Made by a program: the position numbers and the translations under genes. DNA of 64,000 bases from Tubiluchus corallicola (taxonomy: Eukaryota > Animalia > Priapulida). This document shows positions 1 to 12,229 of this stretch, piece by piece. Numbering within the stretch: the first letter of the stretch is position 1; every line of letters starts with the position of its first letter. The stretch lies in assembly GCA_030141605.1 (NCBI GenBank), contig JAQGDQ010000105.1, positions 62,001 to 126,000 on the forward strand. Reading direction: 5' to 3'. The notes under the pieces are model-generated. The model was given only the letters and a program-made list of their open reading frames with translations. It did no database searches and was not told the origin of the DNA.

Positions 1-1009
1 ACGCGATTATGCTGAATGTATCGTACGTTTTCAAAACGACACGAAGTGCTTATTGAAACCTTTAACGCGTTATCAAGCCAAGCCTGTATTTTAGAGACTG
101 TCTAAAAGTGCATTTAATTCCTTCAAATTTCGACTTTTAAAGCCCACGCCTATTCCATTCGGAGTTTGCTTTATTGCACCGTTAGTGTTGTTAACTTGGT
201 CCTTGTACTTGGTTTGTCTTTTTGTCAATTAAACATGTCCTACTGGGTATAATGGTTGATGCTCAAGCATCTTGCTGGTTCGAAATTCTGTAAGCTATTT
301 ACTCTTTTCGTTCAATAGTCAAACTAGACCTTCTTAACCATCGTCTAGTGTCAAATTACTGCTAAGTGGTGCTATAAAAAAGAGCTTAACTGCCTTTGAG
401 CAAGTATCTCAAGTTTATGTTACACCTGTCTGTGTTTTTTACTTCTAAGTTATCAGTCCTTTGTTGGCTTTTATTGTTCCAAAAATGACAAGCCGTTGCT
501 TAAACTGGCATTTGCTGTGTTTTAAACAGAAAAATCTTGTTGAATGATCGTGAGTCAGTTGTATTACTTACAAAACAGCGAAATTGTTTTTACTGCACTG
601 AATTCAATGTTACCATCAAGCTTGTTCAAAATTTCCAATAAAATCTTAATATCGTCGTTAAGAGTCATTAAAATACGTTTAGACAGCCAGGCAGCTAAAT
701 AGTTACGTAATTGTTATCTGCTTTTGTTTATCTCTATTTGGACTAACTGTGTTCACTATCTGTGCCAATGATTAATAAGCGACAATAAACTAGAAGATAG
801 CTAGCTAGAAACCACTAATGTTTTATATCAACGATAGTTAGCAAGTTTTCAATTACTGTCTAGACAAGAGTCTGTAATTAGATTTTTTGCAACTAGATTG
901 GAGTTCACACTTAATTTGGTTTGGTAAGCATAATATCAGCATGAATAGCAAGAAAAAATTAACAAAGAAATAAAAACAAGTAGAATTTAATACTTATTCG
1001 TTCACTAGT

Positions 1010-1440
1010 ACGTCCTTCCTTCTTTTCTTTGCTCATTTCTTTATTTGGTCACTTGATCATTCACCTGTTTATTCTTTCATTCATTCTTTAGTTCATCTGT
1101 TTGATTTTTTATTCGTTCCCTCGTTTCGTTCGTTTGTTTTGTCAGTTATGTTTCGTTTGCTCTTTCGTTCCTCCATTCATCGTTCCGTTGTTGTAAACTA
1201 TTCTGACATTCACCCATCTACCTATTTATTTTTCATTTCTTATTTTCCTTAGTTTCAATTTTAGCCATACGTTCTCTATCAGCTCACTCAATAATTTTTC
1301 ATTCATTTGTTCATTCGTTTATTCATTCGTTTGTCGCTTGATGACTTCGTTCCTTCCATCTTTCCTTTTTCTTTTTTTCGTTCTCTAGCTCGTTCGTTCG
1401 TTCATCTATCCATTTATTCATTTATTCGTTCATTCATTCG
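1010..1440. repeat. Degenerate (TTCA/TTCG)n pyrimidine-rich tract
   Basis: Visible low-complexity run; similar tract at ~52160-52240. Confidence 0.8.
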
Positions 1441-4400
1441 ACCTCAGAAACACCGCAATCGTTTTTCAGCCTTCGTTATTATTTACGTTGTAAATGATGC
1501 TGATATTCGGTTTTTCTTAAACAATCTTGACTGATGATATAGGTGAGAGACCACACCCAAACAGCTCCTGTGGATGCATGTTTCATGCAAACCCTCACAT
1601 CAACAACTTGGTCATTGGTTACAGGCATTGGCAAATTGGGATAAGGACGACTTGTTCATTTATAATTACTGGCCATTAATCAGTGAAGTTCTAGAACTGG
1701 CAACTGTTGCGCTAGTTACAGTTTCCTCTTCTCACCTTGACATTCTTCCCGCAATCCCTTCGGATGAGGTAAGATTTATAGTTTCATGGCTGCCGGGGAC
1801 GCCCTAGTTCTAAGACTAAATGTTACAGAAAGATAAATGTTACAGAATTTCTGGCTCAGAATATTGGCCATCGCGGGGAAAAATGAGGCAAAAGAAATTT
1901 GAGACAGTTTGCTATTAGGGAGGGAAAATTGATGATTCATGGTTATAATTAATTTTGGTATATATATCTTGCGACTTTTGTCTATAAAATGGTGTGTTGT
2001 TTACAATTTTCCCGTTTTTTGACATTTTCTTGTGGTTTGGATTAGCTTTGTGGATCACGGTTCTCGACTTATTTTTTGCACGTTTTGCATTATTTTGCAC
2101 AACAAGAAAAGGCTCCTTTCCGGTAGCAAATTTTGAAAGCGGAAAAACTAGGAATATCAGATGCACTGCACTAAAGTGATGAAATGAAAAACTACACAAG
2201 AAAGCTATATTAAAGTTTAATGTCAGACTCTTCACTAAAGTGCGTCTGTAAATCGCTGTTACCTATTGCAAAATTGCAAGTATTGTTGAGATTCAAAGAA
2301 CTGATTGGCAATTCACAGTGACCCAGCTCTTAAAGATCTCCTACCCTACTTTAGTTGTACATTTTTTCGCACACACTCAAGACAGCCCAAATAATTACAG
2401 CCTTTCAAAAATGAAACTAGAATGTTTGGCAGGCTTAGTAACTTTATTTTTACAAGTTGTTGTAAAAACTTTCCATTTTCACTTTCAGTGGTTATTTAGT
2501 TCAAATGGAAAATTTACGTGTCTATATAATGTTAGTAATATTTGCGCAAACACGTGTGCGTTGAACTTACGGTTTTTCGCTTACTAAAGTATTGCAAGTT
2601 ATAGCCATTAAACACAAAGTAGTAAGCAGTGAACAAATTTTCCTTCAATGTTTTAATCTGAAATTGCGTGCTACCATTCACTGCAACCTTTTTGTTTTCG
2701 TGAACGTGTCAGTTACTTTCACATTATTTTTTATAGCTTCAATTTTGTGACATGCGGGATTTCCAACAGAAAGCGCTCACAGAAATCGCTTATTGGACGT
2801 ATAATAAATGTGCATAATAACTTGACAACCAGGCTTATTATAGGTTATTCTGCGGCCTGTTGTCGTCATATTTTTGTAATCACATCTGGTAAACACATCT
2901 ATAAAGGATCCAAAACATGTCAAACTGCCTGCAGTTTTTATGAGGAAATTATACTTTGTTCAGGTTTATGAATTTTAATAATATCCTAGTAGTTCTTCAC
3001 TGGCATAGTTCAGTTTAAATAATTTTACAAGCAGTTCTGTGACAGCCTTTCGTCATTAGCATAGTTTGCTGGCCAGAATTAAGCTCACAAAAAACCGTTG
3101 TACTTTTTGTACGCTTTTGTCTTATACCTCACTTTCTACGAATATAACTGCTACATACTAGTACATTCTCTCATTTCTATATTTAGGACGTAGGTTTCGA
3201 ATGACACTTGTCAATGTTGTAAGCTCTTTTTGTGACTGTGTCTCGGGCTGGCTATCCCCGTAGGACGTTTTCTTGTATCTGAACATGCATTTATTTTTGT
3301 CTCGTTAGCCATAAAAGATGCTTTTCTGACTTCTTACTTTGTGTGCCGCTTGCTGTCTCTTGTATTTGCTTGAGTCAGTTTGATTGATCTTTTTTACATT
3401 ATCCAGCTCATTTATTTAGGGCACAAATTACGCAGCAAGGCAAAGAGTTGCATACTTTATAATGGGTTATTTTTCCGACATGAAAAATAAACGTAAAGTA
3501 AGGAAGTTTTGCCTATTTACATGTACAAATTTTCCCCATTTCTCAATTTTGTATTCAGTGTCCACAGTTATATTTAATGGCACCAGTTCACTTTTTACTT
3601 TTGGATTGAAATATTGAATTTTCTCGAATTTTGCCATAGCAGGATCAACAAGCTGTTTATCGTGACTCTCTTTTTTCTGCATAGCTTATTCTGTATATGG
3701 CTTGTATTCTGCATTGTAAAGTTTAATAAAAAGAGAGTATTTCAACATCTGCCATGTGTTACCAAGAATTTATAGTTATCACAGAAATTACAATAAAACT
3801 GTAAGTTTTGTCTCTAACAGCAAATACAGAGGTTATTATGAGCTTTACGGTCAGGAGAGAGTACAGTGCTAGGGTCATTGTGACATGAAGTCATGGCTGA
3901 AGAATTAGACAGCGCAAAACTTTTGAAACTTCAACGGTCATGCTATATTATCGTAAGATTTTCATACCAAAACTATGTGTGTTTACCGGAACCTTATAAA
4001 ACTATGTACACTTCTCAGTGATGCCATTCTGGCAGTAATGCGTTTGAAGCGTATAGTTGAGTGTGCATCGGGCAGGAGAATTATCCGATATCATGCACTA
4101 CAAAAAATCCAGAAGTTTACCTACACAGTAAAGCCCAGAGCCGCAGTTGGTGATTGTTATTACAAAACAAACAGGCCTGCATTATGTCACACTTTCAAAA
4201 TGCACCGCCGAAAAACATGGAATTCGAAATTTTCAACAGAATAGTGAAACCGATCATTAACATACCTATCCTCAGGCCAATTTTAGATGCCGTAACAAAC
4301 AGTTTTTATTCAGATGTCAAGGCAGCGCCTTATTTGTGAAGTACAGTAGATGATAATTAATTTCCCATTTGCCACAACTTAAACTTGACTTTAAAATTAA

Positions 4401-6400
4401 CGTCTTACTGGCAAGAAGTCTTTTGTGAGCTTGCGTTACACTACGCATAAAGACTACACATCTGAGCCTTGCTCAGGAATTTCGATTATTTTTACGTTCT
4501 TGCTTTTCGTGACCTTTCATACGTCACTGTAATTGGAATTACATCATAAACATGTGATTTTGTTTATTTATATATTGATGTTGTTATTATTTTTGCGGCT
4601 ACTTTGTGAATAGACAAAGAACATTAAATTTTCACCCTTCAACTTCAAATAGATGGCCGGGTGTATAAGTAGACTAACCACGAAAAAGAGTTTTGACCGT
4701 CCACATGTATTATGAGTAAACGTGATGAGTTTGATTGGAAAGTTTGCTTTCGAGTTCAGTATTGCAAATAAAAGAATGAGTGTGACTGGCTTGGAAAACG
4801 GTTAGCGTAGTATGAATATGGTTTCATATATATGAGTACATATTGTTGACACCAGCCGGTTTTGTGTTTAGGATACATTCTTTTATGATTATATGAAACT
4901 GTTGCAGCAACAAATTCTTCTGGAATGTGCCCCGACGTAGTCAATGGAAGACATGGTCTGGAACTGTAGGTATATAGGCCTTACTCTTAAGAAAACGAAT
5001 CTAGTTTGAGAAAAATGAGTCTTGCTAAGCTGAGTATTTCTGTGGTTTCACAATCTAAATTTTCTATTCTGTTCCCATGTCAGTTTTCGTAAAATAGTTT
5101 GCAAAATAAGCAGTTTTTCAGCCTGAATTTTTTGGAAGCAGCCATCAGGCCTAAATAAACTTTTTATAAATTCGCTATAGCGAATTTGTATCTAATAGAA
5201 ATTATTACAAGAAACTCCAAGCCTGTACTTTAACTGTTTTATCAACTATATTATCATATAAGTCTGACAGACATGTAAACCCTTTCGTCTAATAATACTT
5301 GGGTTATTAAGTAGGACATTATTGACGAAACAGATATTTTGGATTATAAGTGTGGTCTCTATGTGTGTGTGCTTTAGTCTTATCTTCGCATTTTCTGCAA
5401 CTTGCTGAACAATTAAAAATTTGTTCAAGGTCCTCTGCGTCTTAGAGTCTTTATTCAATATCTTTATAGAATTAAAACGAAACAGTCAACCACCATAGTG
5501 TGAACTCGCGCGTTTAGATAAATGGCGGATTATGGTTAATAATCGTCGCGGTCTCGCAAATTTGTGCACGTAAACTGCTGTATATTGCAAGATTTCTTGC
5601 CAGGAATGTGTAAAGACCGTTACTTCAGTCAACAATGATTTCCATTTTTATTTTTATACAGTGAGTCACAAAATTATTCACGATATGATTTTAATATCTG
5701 CAGCGTAGGTTTAACGGTTGGGGAGTTCCCAGTAACTTTCCTAGGAGTGAGCAGTCCTAAGAGAAACAATGCAATATGCTTTCCAAAACCAGTCCTGCGA
5801 CCATGCTAAACCAATCCTTGCAAGAAACTTGATTCTGTTTCTTTAACATTCAATGTACAATATCTGATGGCTTCTACAGGGTGAATAAAAAGTTTTTGCA
5901 GGCTTCATGATAGCAAGCGAGTCCATCGGAAGGCATCTTCACTCCCAACCAATGCCTGACAGTTATTTTTGCAACAATTCACTTTAAAAGTCATGACTAT
6001 ACCATCGCCTGAAACACACAAAATCGCTCGGGTATTATAACAACTTTCAAAATTCGGGGTAAAACTCAGCTAGTGGAAATGGACAGGTACAAAACTATCC
6101 AATTCTAAAAATTTCTCTTGCTTAAGAAGACTTTTAAGTAAAATATTGTATTGCCTCCCGAACGCAAAATAATTCATATGTTCTTTAAATTTGGTCGCAT
6201 TAACTTTTTTGATACTTTGTTTATAGGTACAAGACTGGCAAACCTTGAAAATCTAAACAGCAGCTGTTCAGCGTCAGAACAAAAAGTTACCTAAAAGTTA
6301 CAATCAAGAGTTACATAGAACCAAACTCAAATCTGAGAGTGTAACTAGTAGATGATCTGCAGGGCACACGAAAAGGAACACTAATTACAAGATAACCACG

Positions 6401-9400
6401 ATGAATCTGAGCACAAAGGTAAGATGAGTATATTAGTTTTAATTAGTTTTACTTATTACACAAATTAGTCATTAAATGTAAAGCTCCATAATTTAATCAT
6501 TAGTTCATGATGGATGAAATTTATTGGCATCTTGACAGTTTAATGGCACCTTAACTTATTATAGAGATTAAATATGTTGCCTAAATTGTATTAATTTGGT
6601 CAACTGGCAGTTTTGATAATTTCCTTTAATTAGTGTGTTATAATTTTATGGCAGTAGCCTATTCTAGTAGGGTTTCAAGTAGTCTACTTATAGTAGTCTA
6701 GTACTGGTAGCAGCCAATAGGACAACATTAGGTGTTTTGTAGTCTAACTACTTATGCACAAGTAACTTTAAGCACTATATTATACGCCAATGTTTTTTGG
6801 CGACAAACCGGCAAAGATGCAGAAAATGTGCTTCAATTCATAAGTAATGAGGATGGTATTTGGAGGTCATCTAATTAAAATGTGCATAGAATCTGATGAT
6901 ATGTTGTCCTTAAAAATCACAAGTTTGATCACTTAGTGGAAAGAATGTGAACCCGTTATGTTTGTTACTCTTATTTGTTGTTTATTAAAGTTTGAACGTC
7001 TTCATGACTACTACAATGATTTCATTATGCCAAGGATTTAATACTGCTTCGGGCAATGTTAATAGAAACTCGAGTAGCATACTAAAGTGATAAATTTATT
7101 GGCTATTGCTCGAGCTTTTTGTCTATTTTTCTAAACATCGCATAATTTGTCGTATACGAGATTGTTGTCGACACGCGATGAAGTAAGAAGACGGTGCACC
7201 TGTTTTCGGAGATTTCTCAATGACTGCCAAGCATACACGCTTCAAGTTCAAAGTCATTTTTCAATTTTTCTTTCACTTTTGGTAGTATTGTGTTCAACAG
7301 AGGAGAATAGATCATTAAAGCAGTTGTTTTTAAATTTAGTCGCTTTTTCTAAAGTTCGTTGATAGTGGCACAATTCATTTGTTCACTTAAAGCTGATTTT
7401 TATAAATTCCTTCAATGACAGCCACTCACAACACAGACAAGGCTCAGTCACGCCATTGCTTTTTCGCCGTCATTGTAATGGTAAAATAACAGTCCTTTAT
7501 ATAGCAACATTCCCTTCATTTTAATAGCAATTAAGGAATAGCCTACACACTATGGAAATGTTTAATGAATTAACCTTGAATTAACACAGTTCAAATGTGT
7601 GAAGATAATATTAGGTTCTAAGTAGACTTATTAAATTCTAATATCCATTTCGTTGACAGTCTGATAACAAAATACATGTGATATTATTTTATTCCGCCAG
7701 AATAAATTGCATGTCACGCACTGGGGACAGATCAAAAAGTGAGATCGCATTTTTAGTTCGTCAGAAAACTGCATAGTATACGACCCGAAGCTAAGAATGA
7801 GTCATTTGGATCATGGATCAAGTGTTCGTTCAGTTTAAGTCAATGGTGTTCTACCGGGTTCGTTTCTTATCTGATCATCTTATAAGCGAAATGCTTTTTA
7901 CTTATAATAACGGTTGGTAGGGAAATGGCACTAGTGTCTCGGAAATAAGTCGGACAGGATCAATTCACATCAATGTTAAGCTGTTATTTTCCAGTGAAGC
8001 CATCTCTACACGCGCCCATCTTCACACATTATAACCGTTTCTGATAACTGAATCCCTGCCCACAAGAGATTTAATTTAATTACTCACTTACTGCCACCAT
8101 TAACATTTATTTGACAGTTTACCTGAAAGCCGTGCCAGCCTGTGCCAGGGGCGCGTGGGGCTTCACGGATTTTACGTAATGGCTGCTGCCGTTGTTAAAC
8201 ATTACCGCTCGGCATCGCTACCACTGTTATTCTTATGATCATTGGCATCGCTGATGTTATCATTTCAGCACTAGTGAGGCCTCCACCACTTCAGCCTTCA
8301 TATCGTAGGTGTTATCGTAGTCATCATCATTTTCTTCTTCTACTACTACTACTACTACTTCTTTTACTTCATCATCATCATCACCATCATCATCATTTCC
8401 CCTGCTTTTCCTTTTCCTTTTCCTTTTCCTTCTTCTTCTTTTTCTTCATTATCATCATCATTTCCAGCATGACAGTCACCATCGCCATCACATAAACGGC
8501 TTTTTGGCCTGAATTATGACATATTTCGATGCAGACTCTCTTTGGATGCGGAAAAATTTTTATAAGGAAGACAAGATGTTCCTTAAGAGCACATCTATGA
8601 ATTTACCAAATTCAACTTGGTTATGACTGCAGATTTCAACTGAATTAAGTTTTAATTGCCTTTCTTGCGTGAAGATATTTTCTGACTTGGAGTCAGTATT
8701 CGGCACATTCAAATTTGCGATCTACCAAGTAGACTAACAATGCTCACGAAGTGGGAAATTCCATAAAAAAAACAAGATATATTGCTTGCTTGGCGTAATT
8801 GAATTTCGGTATGACTGCAGTTTTCAACAGAATTAAGTTTTAAATGCATTTCTTGCGTGAAGATATTTTCTGACTTGGGGTTAGCGCTCAGCACATTCAA
8901 CTTTGCGATTTACCAAGCAGACTAACAATGCTCACGAAGTAGGAAATTTCGTCAACAAAACAAGATTCATTGCTTGCTTGCCGTAAATGAACAATCGCTA
9001 TAGTTATTTTCTGACCTGAGGTCAGCGCATTCAACTTTTGCGATTTACCAACCAATACTCCCAAGGTGGAAAATTTCGTCACAAAACAAGATTGTGAAAT
9101 GCTTCGGGCATCATTTGTGTCAGATTTATTTATTGGGCTAGCCAAGGAATTGTTTATGTCCGTATGTACTTCACTAGTAGTTCTAGTTTGTAACACAGCT
9201 ATGGGAATATCTTAATTACAACGTCTGGTAATTAAGTCTGTTTCCCACATGAACCAACTTTGTTGCAATGTCACTTTGATCTTAAGAATGTAACCAGTGC
9301 AAATTCCACAGGGCAGTGAGAAACTGTGTGCAAAATTTTTGGAAGTCCAATTTTCACAGCGCGGCTACTATGCTATTTATATATAATTTGTCTCTATGTG

Positions 9401-10258
9401 ATAATCTGACTAAAATGTAAAGGGTTGTCGAGAAAAATGCACGATAACTTTTCAGTTAACTAAATGTATCAATGATCATTTTACGAAATATTAAAAAAAT
9501 TATTATAAATAAATTTTTAGGCTTTTACAGTTCAGTGATATATTAGTAAATGGGAAAACAGTTAATACATTATTATCAAAGTACATGCAGGCACTGAAAC
9601 TATTTTTATGCATGTTTGTTACAAAAGAGTTTCTGTTGAGTTATCCTAGTATAGCTACCCCCTGGGCGGTTTCCGAAGATTACTATCGTTTAAGCGTTTT
9701 TAAAGCTCTCTGATTGCAATCTTGCTAATCTACAACACAAACGATTTAAAGTAGATTAGAAAGTGCACTTTTACGCAGGTAATCAATACCTGTAATCAGT
9801 TACAGGTAGATCTTACAACCAGCCACACAAGACTCACCAGCTGGCATTAACCTAGATTGTATGCTTTTGCTTTCGCTACTTTTGCTTTTTCGCAAGTATA
9901 TGGTTAATATAATCGAGGAATCAGGTCAAAGAGCCGGTGTAGTATAGAGCTGTTGTCTGTCGCCATCATGAAGTGATAAAACTCACGTTTGTCGGACTTT
10001 GTATCCGTGTCACCAGCTTTAATTAACTCAAGTGAGCATGAAGCGTCACATTAAAATAATAACAATTATAACGGAATTCAATCAATGTATTAAATAAGTG
10101 CTTGTTTTACGCGCGATTGGCTGTTAAAAATTCATTTGCTCGTTTGATAAGTTGAAAATGAAAAATAAAATTGGAAACGTAAACTGGAAATGATAGACAT
10201 TTACGATGTCATGCTATTGCTATAAAATTTAATATTTAAGTTATGGTTCATTACTTCC

Positions 10259-10294
<36 letters not shown>

Positions 10295-12181
10295 CTGCTA
10301 ACTTGCAGTACGGAAATGTATGAGATAGACCCATATTTAAGCTCCTTTAACTTGAATTGCTTCGATGAGACACATACGTACATACTGGCTGACATGGATT
10401 AATTAGCTCGGAAGGTTCGATGAAAATATCTAATTTTCACTTCCTGTAAGCCAATTTGTGCTTGTTAAGTAATAGTTACCATTCCGTAGTGGAAGGCCAT
10501 GAATATGCTAACAATTCCGGCTGGAAGTTTTAAGTATAGTGTCAGGTTTAGCGAGATGCAGAGTTACAAATGAACAAGTGTCCAATGTAAAATTCAGCCC
10601 ACGTACAGTAGTCCATAAATATGTGTACTATCAAAAAACAAATAATCTTAATTTTCTATTAAATTAATTAATGGGTCAATCGGGAATTGTAAATTTGGCA
10701 GTTTGTGGGTTTTTAGGCAGCGGCATGGTTCACACAGGCTAGCCGACATTATATCCAATTCGTCATTTTATCGCTTAAACTTGATAACATTTTAAGTAGG
10801 TTTTCTTAGCGGATTTCAACTCTTTTTCAAGAGGTTGAGTGCACTTGTTCAAGTAAAGAGTTTATTTAAACATACACACCCATCAGACCGAGCCCTTGTC
10901 TTTGGCCTACATGTGACCAACTGACCCACCGCCGTGTGTGTTGCTCTAGGATGTGGCATTCAACTATGAAAAGATAAGTAGGGCTAAAAGTGATAGTTGG
11001 CAAACCACAGGAATACTCAGAAAGTTTCACTCACCCAAAGCTTGTCCTCCAGCTAGCATGCTGGCGTGAAGATTCTTGCAAGCTTTTGGAAGCTTTGAAA
11101 ATTATTCTGTAATGCGTAGATCAAATTTTTCTGAAATAGTTTTCTCATATTAGTGTTTCCTGATTTCATAATAAGGTATATAATTACTACACTCGTAAAT
11201 AAGAGACCTATGTTATTAAACAATAAGTAGCTAACTTAGCTTAAAGCTCTTCAGCCTGTGGTAAGCTATTAACGTCAATTTGTTTGACTCGCACAACTAT
11301 TTATTGTCGGACAGCTTACAAAAATGAGACCTATAATAAAATCCAGGTGAACATTAAAATGTTTATATTTTGTTTTAGCATTCCGATTGCGAACGCTTAT
11401 GTATTAGCTTTTAAATAAATTAGGCATATTAATGCGATATAAACCACATAATTATAGCTGTGGGCACTGCACTGATTATTCTAGCGATATCTGAACAAAC
11501 GAGTTTCCTCCTAATAATTAATTCCATAGTTATTCTAACATAAACACAATGTTGATGAAAATGATATAGTATGATATCATCTAGTATCATTCCTATCTAA
11601 GTAATTTACAATTATAGTTTGTTTTATGGAGTCATAACGAACTGATGACCTAGGAATGATAATGAAGAACAAACAGGTTTACGAGCAAATGTTACAGTTT
11701 CAAACGGAACAACTATAATACAAGAAATTTAATTACTATATGGCTAATACAGGGTAGTATTGTAGTGAACTACAATTATAACGTAGGTAAAGAGTGAAAG
11801 CAAATGTAGGGGTATCGTGAATTGGTGCAAGATTTTACACTGTTGCTTTGTCATTATTTTAAAAAAGGGCAACCTATATCAAGGCTAACAAACATTTAGG
11901 GACGTGAAGGCAGACAAACGAAGAAGTAACAAAAAGAGAGAGTGTGAGAAAAAGAAAGAAGCAGTAAGGGAGAGAAAAAACAGAAAGAAGAAAGGCAGAA
12001 GAGCGATGGTGGAAGTGAGGCAAAGAAGAGAAGAAAGAGCTGACGTGGAGTGAGAAAAGAGAAAAAAGAATGAAGAATGAAAAGAAAGGCGAGCAGGGAA
12101 ACGCAAACTACTTAGATGTTATTTCAAAATAAAGTTGTCCGTTGATGCCACGGTTTATTGTATGACTTATTGCATCTCTCT

Positions 12182-12229
<48 letters not shown>

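Noticed and set aside
3975-6020. Short ORFs and exon-like pieces on both strands
   Set aside because: No recognisable motifs and no consistent splice-phase chain could be built.
5721-8762. NF-kB-like sites GGGAGTTCCC (5721) and GGGAAATTCC (8753)
   Set aside because: A few such degenerate 10-mers are expected by chance in 64 kb, and one lies inside a tandem repeat.
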